DNA from: a virus
Lineage: Duplodnaviria > Caudoviricetes
Virus record (IMG/VR): IMGVR_UViG_3300025875_000785
Coordinates: 1-35,513 of that record
Length of the DNA stretch: 35,513 nucleotides
Reading direction: 5' to 3' (one strand)
Both the position numbers and the translations under genes were made by a program. This document shows, one piece after another, positions 25,789 to 34,040 of this stretch. How positions within the stretch are numbered: the stretch's first letter is position 1; each line of letters begins with the position of its first letter. The notes beneath the pieces are model-generated. The model did not search any database. It had not been told where the DNA came from and saw nothing but the letters and a program-made list of their open reading frames with translations.

Positions 25789-26057
25789 GGCTTGGCCTGC
25801 GCGTCGGAGGCCATCCAGCGCACGCAGTCCCGGCAGGTGGCGGTCGTGCCGGGTTGCATGACCACGACGACGTCCCGCACAGACCGCACCTGGCGTCCAC
25901 AGCGGGCCACGATCGGCGTCGCCACCCCGGTGAACGGGTACTTCGGCGTCGGCCAGGCGCAGTCCAGGAACGCGGTCGCAGGCACGGTGGCGCCATGGAC
26001 GACGTCGTAGCCGAAGCCCCGCACCATCACGGCGGTCGTCTCCGCCAGCGCGCTCAC
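25785..26057 (-). CDS. Hypothetical protein
   Basis: Coupled ORF; H...CG...TCRDC. Confidence 0.5.
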   Translation of the reverse strand: MSALAETTAVMVRGFGYDVVHGATVPATAFLDCAWPTPKYPFTGVATPIVARCGRQVRSVRDVVVVMQPGTTATCRDCVRWMASDAQAKP

Positions 26058-27409
26058 GAGCCCTGCCCCTGGGCGGCTACGGCAGGCTCGTCCGGCGTGA
26101 ACTCCGTGGCCCGGGTCAGGCCGGCGGCGCAGGACGCGCAGAAGGTGACGCTCGTCCTCTCCTCCTCGTCGCCATAGACGCCCGGCACGGTTCCTGGGTT
26201 CGGGCAGCCCAACGACGTGCACGCGGCCACGGCAGGCGGGGCAGCGGCCAGGCGGCGGATGCCGTCCGCGATCATGGCGAGCAGCGGCAGGTCGCTGTCG
26301 CCCTGCACCAGCCGCGCGGCCTCCTCTAGCGCCTCCCGGCGTGCGCGGTGGGCGGCGTCGGGGCGAGGCAGGCGGCCAGCCAGTTCGGTGAGCACCTGCT
26401 CGGCCGTCTCCTGCACGGCGTCCGGGCCACCCTCGGCCAGCAGCTCGGCCCAGTCCCACGCGGTGACGGCCTCCCGGATCGCCTCGGCGTCCACCGGGGC
26501 GGCGTCGGGGTCGCCGTGGACGATGCACGTCGAGCACGGCAGGTCGTGGTGGTTGCGCTGCCCGTCCTCGTGCGCGACGGGGTCGTCGGCGCAGTGTGGG
26601 CAGCAGCGGTACGGGCCGCCCTCGCGCACGCACGTCGGGCAGGAAGCGGCGTCGGGGTCGCCGTTGACGCAGCGGTCCCACGCATGGGGCTGGTGCTGGC
26701 GGCAGGGCTCGGACTCCACCGGCATCCCGCACGCACTGCACACGTTCCCGCCGGGCGGCACGGTGCCGTCCCACACGTCAGGCGCGTCCTGCCCCGCGTC
26801 CGCGAGCACCGCAGCGGCGACCTCGTCCCACGGCAGCGGGCTGTCGGCGCTCACCCCGGCGGCACGGCGGGCAACCTCGCCCAGCCCACCAGCTCGGGCA
26901 ACGTCGGGGTCGCCACGGCGGCCCAGCGCGGCCAGGACGGCGGCCTGGTGCTGGACGTGCTGGCGGTGCCAGTCGCTGGTGTTGCGGTTCGGCGCCCAGT
27001 CGCACCCGGGCGCGTCACAGTCGGTGCCGTGGATGCCGAAGCGGTGCTCGGCCAGCGCGGTGGAGACCGGGTCCTCGGCCTCGTCGTCCCCGTCCGGCGC
27101 GACCGACTCGGGGGTGGTCGCCCCGATGACGGGGCGGCAGACCGGGCACCACGCCGAGGCGACCGGCGCGACGTACTCGGGGACGTGCCCCACGGGGTTG
27201 CGGGCGGTGCAGCGAGCGTCGCGGAGGTCGTGCTCCGGCGCGGCCGTCGCGGGGAGCCGGGCGGCCACCACGGCGAGGACAGCGCGGGCGACGCGGCGCA
27301 TGGCGTAGGTGTTGAGGCTGGCGCCGCCCAATTCCTCGCGTACGGCCTCGGTGGCGGCGTCCACCATGGCGGGGTCGGCCAGCACCACCAGCGGGTCGAC
27401 GGCGGTCAC
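26054..27409 (-). CDS. Mosaic Cys/His-rich multi-module protein (451 aa)
   Basis: GTGA overlap at the start; several Cys clusters separated by repeated GDPD linkers. Confidence 0.6.
   Translation of the reverse strand: MTAVDPLVVLADPAMVDAATEAVREELGGASLNTYAMRRVARAVLAVVAARLPATAAPEHDLRDARCTARNPVGHVPEYVAPVASAWCPVCRPVIGATTPESVAPDGDDEAEDPVSTALAEHRFGIHGTDCDAPGCDWAPNRNTSDWHRQHVQHQAAVLAALGRRGDPDVARAGGLGEVARRAAGVSADSPLPWDEVAAAVLADAGQDAPDVWDGTVPPGGNVCSACGMPVESEPCRQHQPHAWDRCVNGDPDAASCPTCVREGGPYRCCPHCADDPVAHEDGQRNHHDLPCSTCIVHGDPDAAPVDAEAIREAVTAWDWAELLAEGGPDAVQETAEQVLTELAGRLPRPDAAHRARREALEEAARLVQGDSDLPLLAMIADGIRRLAAAPPAVAACTSLGCPNPGTVPGVYGDEEERTSVTFCASCAAGLTRATEFTPDEPAVAAQGQGS
26499..26914. repeat. In-frame direct repeats encoding GDPD linkers
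   Basis: GCGGCGTCGGGGTCGCCGT at 26499-26517 and 26646-26664; 13-bp core again at 26902-26914. Confidence 0.7.
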
Positions 27410-27642
27410 CGCAGCAGCCCTTCGCGCTTGGCCAGTGCGTAGCAGGGGTTGCACACCGGGTGCCCGCCGCACAGCTCGGGCGGGCAGTAGGCGCTGTTCG
27501 CGATCCGATCCGCCGTCTCGGTGCAGACAGCCCGGTACTGCGGGGCGGCGGGCTCCAGCGGGTCCTGGGTGACGCACCGCAAACCAGGGCCACTCGTGAG
27601 TTGCGGTCGAGCGGCAACCACCACCACCTCCTCCCCGCTCAT
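27406..27642 (-). CDS. Cys-rich hypothetical protein
   Basis: Coupled ORF. Confidence 0.5.
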   Translation of the reverse strand: MSGEEVVVVAARPQLTSGPGLRCVTQDPLEPAAPQYRAVCTETADRIANSAYCPPELCGGHPVCNPCYALAKREGLLR

Positions 27643-27959
27643 CGCTGTGCCTCGGCGATGCGCTCCAGCACGAGCGCGGGAAGGTCGCGCATGAGCCCGT
27701 CCACGACGGCGTCCGGCGTCATGCGCGGCAGGGCCAAGAGGATGAGTCGGTCGCCCTCGGTGCCGCCGTTCGCAGCCAGGGCGTCGACGATCGCCCGGCC
27801 GGTGCCCTGGTGTCGTCCTGGCGCGGGGTTGCCCCACCTGCCGTCGCTGTCGTAGGCCTCGACCTGGACGCTGGACGCCTCGTCGCGGTGGTTGCGCCAC
27901 CCGAGGATGCCCTGCACCGCGATGACGGCGTTCCCGAGGCTCATCGCTGTGCCTCGGCG
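27637..27959. repeat. 21-bp direct repeat at two successive gene junctions
   Basis: GCTCATCGCTGTGCCTCGGCG at 27637-27657 and 27939-27959. Confidence 0.8.
27639..27944 (-). CDS. Hypothetical protein flanked by the 21-bp repeats
   Basis: ATGA overlaps on both sides. Confidence 0.55.
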   Translation of the reverse strand: MSLGNAVIAVQGILGWRNHRDEASSVQVEAYDSDGRWGNPAPGRHQGTGRAIVDALAANGGTEGDRLILLALPRMTPDAVVDGLMRDLPALVLERIAEAQR

Positions 27960-28405
27960 GCCAGGGCGGCGGTGACAGCGGCGCGCGTCTTGGCCAGCGC
28001 GCTGTTGTACGCGCGTGCCGAGCGGGCCTCGGCGTGGTCCGCCTCATTCTCGTCCCACGGACGCGGCTCGTCGCACACCGCCAGCACCGCCTCCAGGGCG
28101 GCGTCACGGCGCGCGACCTCGGCGAGCAGCCAGGGGACGTCCGTGCGGGCATGGGCGACGAACGCGGCGTCCGGGCCGAGGGCGCCGTAGCTGACCGACT
28201 CGGGGTCGTAGTCGGCACCCGGAGGCGGGGAAGCGAGGACGACCCCCGTGAACGACTCGCTGTTCAGCCAGCCGTCCTCGTCGCAGTCCTGCGCCGTCTC
28301 GGCGATCCACGGCCCGGGGGTCGCGGCGTCCGTCCTGGCGCGGACCTCGGCCAGCAGGGCGCGGGCATCGGGCAGTGAGGTGGTCGTGGGGGTGGTCGTG
28401 TCCAT
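27941..28405 (-). CDS. Ead/Ea22-like phage protein
   Basis: AATPGPW...DAAFVAHARTDVPWLLAEV motif; GAGGAG RBS. Confidence 0.65.
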   Translation of the reverse strand: MDTTTPTTTSLPDARALLAEVRARTDAATPGPWIAETAQDCDEDGWLNSESFTGVVLASPPPGADYDPESVSYGALGPDAAFVAHARTDVPWLLAEVARRDAALEAVLAVCDEPRPWDENEADHAEARSARAYNSALAKTRAAVTAALAAEAQR

Positions 28406-28464
28406 GGGGTCTCCTCGCGTGGGAAGGGGGGTTGGGGGCTGACCAGTCAGTCCATCGACGTCCA

Positions 28465-28791
28465 TCACTGCGCCCTCTTGGGGTGGCAGCTGCAGCCGCA
28501 GGCGGGGTCGTGGCAGGCGACGTGGTCCCCGTCGTCGCACCGGGCCGAGAGGGCCACCCCGACGGCGGTGAGCTGCCGGCGGGAGGCGACGGGCAGGAGC
28601 CGGTGGTCGCGGCACAGGTCGTCGTCGCCGATGCGCGCCCAGTGCCAGCGGGTGACGGCATGCGTGCGGGCCGCCTCCAGGACGTCCGCGTAGGTCACCC
28701 CCGCCGGGTTGGTGACGGGCACCGGGACGACGCCGCCCCTGGAGCACTCCCCGTCGTGGCCGTCGCACTGGATGCGGATCACGGCGCTCAT
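28465..28791 (-). CDS. Cys/His-rich hypothetical protein
   Basis: Coupled ORF; CD...DLCRDH and CH..ACGCSCH. Confidence 0.55.
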   Translation of the reverse strand: MSAVIRIQCDGHDGECSRGGVVPVPVTNPAGVTYADVLEAARTHAVTRWHWARIGDDDLCRDHRLLPVASRRQLTAVGVALSARCDDGDHVACHDPACGCSCHPKRAQ

Positions 28792-28925
28792 GCGGTGGGC
28801 TCCTGGTCGAAGTGGGCGAGGTCGGGCAGGGGGCAGGTGAGGCACCAGGCGCCGGGCTGGACGGTCCACACGCCGCAGCCGCCGCGGCAGGCCCGCAGGG
28901 GCGTGGCGTAGGTGAGGGCGGTCAC
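28788..28925 (-). CDS. Small zinc-finger-like protein (45 aa)
   Basis: Coupled ORF; CRGGCG...CLTC. Confidence 0.5.
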   Translation of the reverse strand: MTALTYATPLRACRGGCGVWTVQPGAWCLTCPLPDLAHFDQEPTA

Positions 28926-29566
28926 TGGACGCTCCTGAGTCGCCAGCCGGTGGGGGCCGGGAGCGTCGCGGTGCGGCAAGAGGAGCCGGGGGCGTGCTGG
29001 TGTCCGCAGCGCCGGCAGTAGGCGAGGACATCGCCTGCGGGGTCGTCAACAGCGGAGAGATCGCCGTGCGCGTCGGCGGGAGCCGCGCGCTGATGTTCCT
29101 GGTGTTCATTGATGTTCTGTCCGACACCAGGTGTCGGACCTAAACCGCCCTGGCTGTCGGCCCTAACTCCCGATCCTGTCGGCCCTAACCGACGCGGGCC
29201 GTCAACCTTGTCGGCCCTACGACCAGGGGCTTTCTCCTGCGGGCCGTCAGGGTTGTCGGCCCTGGCGGGAGCACGCCCAGGCATGTCGAGGTCCCACACG
29301 ACGGGGCGCCGGTTGGCCCGCTGGCCGGCCACCAGGTCCTGGTCGCCGTGGACGATGAGGCCGTCGCTGCGCAGGGTGGAGATGGCACGCTCCACGGACC
29401 GCTCGGAGACCCCGAGGCGTTTCGCGAGCTTGGAGGCGGACTCCCACGCGGCGCTGCCGTCGTCGTGGGCGTGGTCGGCCAGTGCGAGGAGCACCCGCAG
29501 GGCGGTGTTCGAGAGCTTGCCCGACCGGGGCTCCTCGATCGCCCAGACCGTCGCGCGCCAGCTCAT
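28922..29566 (-). CDS. Replication initiator-like wHTH protein (lambda O analogue)
   Basis: LRVLLALADHA..DG..AW.S...LAKRLGVSERSVERAISTL..DGLI; central repeat linker; C-terminal CRRC..H. Confidence 0.78.
   Translation of the reverse strand: MSWRATVWAIEEPRSGKLSNTALRVLLALADHAHDDGSAAWESASKLAKRLGVSERSVERAISTLRSDGLIVHGDQDLVAGQRANRRPVVWDLDMPGRAPARADNPDGPQEKAPGRRADKVDGPRRLGPTGSGVRADSQGGLGPTPGVGQNINEHQEHQRAAPADAHGDLSAVDDPAGDVLAYCRRCGHQHAPGSSCRTATLPAPTGWRLRSVQ
29119..29265. repeat. Iteron array, putative replication origin
   Basis: TGTCGG(C/A)CCT starting at 29132, 29155, 29177, 29209 and 29254, plus an inverted arm (GTCCGACACC-A-GGTGTCGGAC, 29119-29139). Confidence 0.75.
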
Positions 29567-29856
29567 CCCGGAAGCACCTCAGCGGCCGCCGCAGGCTCGT
29601 GCGTGCAGACGGCCTCGCGGCGCTCCTTGGCGTACTCACGCTGCCCAAGCGGCTTCGCCAGTGGGCTGCACACGGCCACGGCGCTGGCGCGACACGGCAT
29701 CGAAGCGCCGGACCAGGTCGTGTAGTAGTGCACGCGCCACACCAGGTGCTCACCGGCGCGCAGCAGTCCGACACTGCGGTTGCCCGACCCGCAGCACGGG
29801 CAGATGGCGGTAGTCACCGAGCGGGGAGCCTTGACGGGCTCAGCCGCGACGCTCAC
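29563..29856 (-). CDS. Cys-rich hypothetical protein
   Basis: Coupled ORF; CPCCG...H...C. Confidence 0.55.
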   Translation of the reverse strand: MSVAAEPVKAPRSVTTAICPCCGSGNRSVGLLRAGEHLVWRVHYYTTWSGASMPCRASAVAVCSPLAKPLGQREYAKERREAVCTHEPAAAAEVLPG

Positions 29857-30224
29857 GAGGTCCACCCGCTGCTGGTCTGGCACAGGGTGTGCTCGCGCCG
29901 GTCTCCGCTGGTGTGCGCGAGGGTGACGACGAGTGCCTTGTTCTGACGGCGCCAGCCTGTGAGTTGCCAGCCGGTCGGCAGGGCGCCCTGGCCTCGCTCG
30001 CCGACGTGCCAGGAGCCGCTGGCGGCACACAGGGCGTCGAGGACCTGCTCGGTGGTCGGCGCCTCGGGCTGGTCGTGCCAGGGGTGCACGCAGACGGTGG
30101 CGCCGTAGCTGCCGCGGCAGCGGGCGTCGTCACCGCCGGTGTGCCACCCGGAGACGTACCCGGGTCGGGCGACGGTGGGCTCACGCCGCGTGCCCGCGGC
30201 CGGGCGTGGGTCGGTGGTGGTCAT
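29853..30224 (-). CDS. Hypothetical protein
   Basis: GGAG RBS; coupled to the next gene. Confidence 0.55.
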   Translation of the reverse strand: MTTTDPRPAAGTRREPTVARPGYVSGWHTGGDDARCRGSYGATVCVHPWHDQPEAPTTEQVLDALCAASGSWHVGERGQGALPTGWQLTGWRRQNKALVVTLAHTSGDRREHTLCQTSSGWTS

Positions 30225-30349
30225 GGACTGCTCCAGTGGCTGCGGAGGAGTGGGATCCGAGCGGGGCCGGCGGGCGGGTGCACGTCTCTCGGTATGGGCG
30301 CGCACCCGCGTGGCCGGACCGCTACGGCGGGGGTTCCCCGCCAGGCGAC

Positions 30350-30760
30350 TCACCGGGTGCTCCGTGGGCGCTGCGGGCCGGTCTCCCCGGCGTCGTCCAC
30401 GGCCATCCCTGGCGGGATCGCGGCGAACTCCGCATCGGTCACTGGCACTCGCAGGTGCCCGACGCGGGCCTGCGGGTTCCACCACCACCACTCCGAGAGA
30501 CCGCCGACGCCCCGGAGGGCACGGACGGCTGCCCGCTCGGCGAGGTCGGGGCTGTCGAGCTGCTGGGAGCGCCTGGACCAGACGCTGACCGAGACGTGCC
30601 ACACGGGCCGCCCGGCGTTGATGCGGCTTCAACGGTCCACCGCCAGGATCGTCACCAGGTGCACGCCGGTGGCGTGCTGGCGCTGCTCGCGCAGACCCGA
30701 GAGGTCGTCAGACGCTCGGTTGAGTGGTGCGGCCAGCGCGAGCTGCTGACGGCGGTTCAC
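30350..30760 (-). pseudogene. Hypothetical gene with an in-frame TGA (pseudogene or recoded)
   Basis: GTG 30760 overlaps the upstream stop and is in frame with ORF 30350..30604; a single TGA at 30629-30631. Confidence 0.55.
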
Positions 30761-30993
30761 GACCGGCCCCCCTCGGCCGAACGCATCAGGCGGACGACCA
30801 GCGCCCACGTCTCGTCGCTGGAGCGGCGCACCCCGGCGGCCCGCTCGAACGCGCGCCGGTCGGCAGCGGTGAGCCGCTCCACGGCTGCCGCCGTGTACTC
30901 GAGGCCGTGCAGGTGGGCTTCCAGGCGGACGGCCTTCTGCGTGCGCTGCTCCGTCGCCCAGTCGCTGTGGCCGAAATCCGTGGCGGCCCCCAT
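30757..30993 (-). CDS. Hypothetical protein
   Basis: TGATG overlap with recT; AAGVRRSSDETWALVV. Confidence 0.6.
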   Translation of the reverse strand: MGAATDFGHSDWATEQRTQKAVRLEAHLHGLEYTAAAVERLTAADRRAFERAAGVRRSSDETWALVVRLMRSAEGGRS

Positions 30994-31865
30994 CAGAAGT
31001 TCACCGGCTCACCGGGGAGGTCCGGCTCGGCCAGGTCCCGCGGCTCCTCGAGCTCGCCCGTGGCCGGGTCGACGCCGACGGGTGCCTGCTCGACCTGTGC
31101 GGGCGCCTGCGCTGCGGGCACGGCCGCGGGGTAGCGGGGCGCCTCGTCGAGGGCGTGCTCGTCGAGGTTGGTGCGCACGCCCTCGTCGGCAACCAGCGCC
31201 CGGGACAGCTCCGTGGACTTCGGCAGCATCTTGAACAGCTGCCGCAGCACGGTCTTGCGCTCCATCCACCGCTGCGGGTCCGCGATGTTCCCCGACGGGC
31301 CGACCTTCCCCTGGCGCAGCGCCGCGACCTCCTGCGGGGACAGGACCACGAACGCCGACGCACCCGAGGTGAGGGTGCCGACCGCGTAGTAGGCGACGAC
31401 GTTCCCGCGGTCCCCGATCGCCGGCTTGTGCCGCAGGGAGGGGGTCAGGCCGTACTCGTAGTCGAAGGTGTCGTGCTCGAACACCGCCTGGGAGTCCACG
31501 TGCTTGGCGAGGGGGTGCTGGTAGAAAAGCTTGACCAGGCCCTGGTAACCGACGATGAACTGCGCCTCCCTGCCGTACGGCACCAGGTAGGCCTCGTTGG
31601 TGGCGCCGAGCTCCAGGCCCAGCTGCGCGGCGGTGAGAAGGGCGCCCATGAACGACTCGGGGCTGCACCGGCTCAGGGCGGGGGTCTTGCGCAGGACCGT
31701 CAGGGCCAGGCGGGCCATCCGGTCGGCGTCCATGTGCTTGGGCAGGGCCCGCTGCATCTCGGGGCGGAGCTGCTGGATGAGCGCGCCGATGCTCGGCTGC
31801 TCGGGGCGCTGGGCGACGTCGCCGGTGGTGGCGCGGGCGCGCAGGGACTGGGTGGGCTGGGCCAT
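30993..31865 (-). CDS. recT: RecT family single-strand annealing protein
   Basis: ALPKHMDADRMARLALT, SFMGALLTAAQLGLE, AYLVPY, QFIVGYQGL, WMERKTVLRQLFKMLPKS. Confidence 0.93.
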   Translation of the reverse strand: MAQPTQSLRARATTGDVAQRPEQPSIGALIQQLRPEMQRALPKHMDADRMARLALTVLRKTPALSRCSPESFMGALLTAAQLGLELGATNEAYLVPYGREAQFIVGYQGLVKLFYQHPLAKHVDSQAVFEHDTFDYEYGLTPSLRHKPAIGDRGNVVAYYAVGTLTSGASAFVVLSPQEVAALRQGKVGPSGNIADPQRWMERKTVLRQLFKMLPKSTELSRALVADEGVRTNLDEHALDEAPRYPAAVPAAQAPAQVEQAPVGVDPATGELEEPRDLAEPDLPGEPVNF

Positions 31866-31867
31866 GG

Positions 31868-32893
31868 TCAGGCCTCTCTCGTGGCGGCCAGCGCGAAGCG
31901 CGGGCCGGGGTTCGTGGTGGTCAGGTAGCCGGCCTCGCGCAGGGCGGCGTAGGTGTCGGGGTCCTCCTTGGCGAGGCGCTTGACCTGCGCGGCCGGGAGG
32001 GAGACGCCCGCGGCGGGGCGGCGGTAGGTGAAGGCGGGCACGCCGTCGAGGAGGCCGGCCTCCCCGTCGCCGAGCAGCTGCACGAGCGCGGTCTTGGCCT
32101 GGGCCTTCAAGGCCTCGCCGTCACGGGCGAGCTCGGCGCCCTGCTGGTACTGGACGAGCCAGCGGCCGGCGTCGCCCGGGTCGAGGTCGACCTGGCCAGC
32201 GCGGTCGGCGTGCAGCTGGTTCAGCAGGCCCAGGAGCACCCCGTCGGCGTCCGGGTCGACGACCGGGGGGATCCCGGCCTCGACGTGGGTCCACACCCGC
32301 TCGCCGGCCTCGACCAAGTACCGCTCGAGGGCGGCGTCCCGGTCGACCCGGAAGGACTCCAGGCGCTGCCCGCCGAGGAGGACCGCGACGTGCATGTGGT
32401 GCAGGCCGGTGACCGCCAGGCCCCACGCGACCTGGGCGAGGACGTCGTCGGGGACGTCCTCGCTCCAGCGGCCGGCGACGAACGCCGAGCGGGTCTTGAC
32501 CTCCAGGCCGCACGAGCCGTCACCGTCCGGGCAGGTGCCGGGGGTGACGAGCCGGTCGAGGGACGCGCACATCCACGGCTGGTCGGCGTGCGCGAGCACC
32601 CCAACCGGGGTGACCTGCGCGCCGGAGCGCCGCGCCCACTCCCGGGCGACGACGTCCTCCAGGAGGTGACCCCACTGGCCGGCCTCGCCGAGGGTGTCCT
32701 CGGGCGCCTCGCCGCGCTTGTCCAGCCACACCGACAGGGCGTTGCCGTAGCCGGAGTCGCCGAGGATCTTCGGCAGGTCCGTGCCGGTGATCCCGCCGCG
32801 GCGGGCTGCGAACCACTCCTCGCTGCCCGGCTCGGCCGCGGTGACGAGCACGCCGGTCGGGGTGAGCGGGCGCACCTGCGCCGGGGCGCTCAC
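31868..32893 (-). CDS. YqaJ-like viral recombinase exonuclease (RecE analogue)
   Basis: WFAARRGGITGTD, WGHLLE, ASLDR, LEVKT, AQV.W motifs; adjacent to recT. Confidence 0.9.
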   Translation of the reverse strand: MSAPAQVRPLTPTGVLVTAAEPGSEEWFAARRGGITGTDLPKILGDSGYGNALSVWLDKRGEAPEDTLGEAGQWGHLLEDVVAREWARRSGAQVTPVGVLAHADQPWMCASLDRLVTPGTCPDGDGSCGLEVKTRSAFVAGRWSEDVPDDVLAQVAWGLAVTGLHHMHVAVLLGGQRLESFRVDRDAALERYLVEAGERVWTHVEAGIPPVVDPDADGVLLGLLNQLHADRAGQVDLDPGDAGRWLVQYQQGAELARDGEALKAQAKTALVQLLGDGEAGLLDGVPAFTYRRPAAGVSLPAAQVKRLAKEDPDTYAALREAGYLTTTNPGPRFALAATREA

Positions 32894-33033
32894 GACGCCA
32901 CCGCCGTGTGGCCGGAGCCGTCGCAGTCCTCGCACGTGGTGACGTGCACCTGGAGGCCCACGCCGGGCACGTACCGGTCGCCGTGGTCGATGACCCCGTC
33001 GCCCTGGCAGGTCGTGCACTCCTGGCCGCTCAC
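32890..33033 (-). CDS. Small CxxCxGxG (DnaJ-type) zinc-finger protein (47 aa)
   Basis: CTTCQGDG...CEDCDGSG; coupled on both sides. Confidence 0.6.
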   Translation of the reverse strand: MSGQECTTCQGDGVIDHGDRYVPGVGLQVHVTTCEDCDGSGHTAVAS

Positions 33034-33422
33034 CGGTCGGCCTCGGCGAGGGCCTCGAAGCACGAGACGTCGACGTCGTGCGTGACGGTCAGGTGCTCCT
33101 GGCACTCGAGCGGCTCGGGCTCGGTCTCGGCGGGGCGCCCGCTGTAGACGGACAGGAAGTGGCGCTCGACGCCGGTGTAGGCGATGCCCTCGCGGGTGTA
33201 GAGCTGCTCGTGCTCGAGCGCCTCGGGCAGGTTCCACTCGGCGGCGATCTCGTCGGTGTCGCGGGCGCTGCCCACGTGCACCTGGACGGTCGGCAGTCGC
33301 TCGGCGTTCTCGTGGAGGTAGGAGTCGCGGACGGTGAGGCTCACGATGCGCTCGACGTCGAGGAAGCCCTCGATGGTGCGGGCGACGTTCAGCAGGAGCT
33401 GGGCCTGCTCGGTGGCGCTCAT
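33030..33422 (-). CDS. Hypothetical protein
   Basis: Coupled ORF, 130 aa. Confidence 0.55.
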   Translation of the reverse strand: MSATEQAQLLLNVARTIEGFLDVERIVSLTVRDSYLHENAERLPTVQVHVGSARDTDEIAAEWNLPEALEHEQLYTREGIAYTGVERHFLSVYSGRPAETEPEPLECQEHLTVTHDVDVSCFEALAEADR

Positions 33423-33601
33423 CGCTGTCCGTCCCGGACCGGTGCGCACCAGGTGTCGCCGTCGTAGTGCTTCCAGTCCTCGTCCGAGTGGAGCCGGATC
33501 GCGGACTCGCACACGCAGCGAGCCGCGGTGCTGGCGACGTTGTAGAAGGCGACCGGCTGGGCGAAGGTGCGCGGCTGGATGCTGCTGGTCTGGGCGCTCA
33601 T
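33419..33601 (-). CDS. Hypothetical protein
   Basis: Coupled ORF; CVC...WKH...C. Confidence 0.5.
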   Translation of the reverse strand: MSAQTSSIQPRTFAQPVAFYNVASTAARCVCESAIRLHSDEDWKHYDGDTWCAPVRDGQR

Positions 33602-33795
33602 CGGGCACCGGCCTCGCGGCGGGCCAGGTCGAGGACGCTGGAGTCGAGGAAGATCAGGGCGCGGGGCTTGCGGTAGCGGCCCGAGGGGCGGCCGCGCTGG
33701 TCGCGCTTGGTGTCGAGGTCGCGGATCTGCGCCTCGGACATCGCCACGCCGTAGCGGGCGCGCTGGGTGGGGATGGTGCCGGTCCTCGTGCTCAT
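33598..33795 (-). CDS. Hypothetical protein
   Basis: GAAAGG RBS; coupled to the next gene. Confidence 0.5.
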   Translation of the reverse strand: MSTRTGTIPTQRARYGVAMSEAQIRDLDTKRDQRGRPSGRYRKPRALIFLDSSVLDLARREAGAR

Positions 33796-33863
33796 GGGAT
33801 CGTGCCTTTCGGTCGGCCGTCGCGCGCTTGCTTGCCTGCTGGGGCGCGGCGGCTGGTCTTGGT

Positions 33864-34040
33864 TCAGGACGCGGTGCGGGCAGTGCTGGCAGTGCTGCGG
33901 ATCAGTGGGGCGATGCGGCGGACCTGCTCCGGCGTGAGCGGGGGAGCGGCCTGCGCCTGGGCTAGGGCCCAGGCGTCACGCGCCGGGTCGGGGGCGAACG
34001 GCCACCCCTCGGGCAGACGCGCTTCCGCGGCGGCGCTCAC
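33864..34040 (-). CDS. Small protein coupled to the Cro-like gene (58 aa, not in the ORF track)
   Basis: GTGA overlap; APPLTPEQVRRIAPLI. Confidence 0.55.
   Translation of the reverse strand: MSAAAEARLPEGWPFAPDPARDAWALAQAQAAPPLTPEQVRRIAPLIRSTASTARTAS

Noticed and set aside
29119-29265. Repeat array as a CRISPR
   Set aside because: Repeats are only 10-12 bp with irregular short spacers, inside a coding gene, and no cas genes are present; iterons fit better.
33815-33857. Hairpin downstream of the Cro-coupled gene
   Set aside because: A plausible attenuator, but the stem is imperfect and GC-rich with no U-tract on the coding strand; not enough support.
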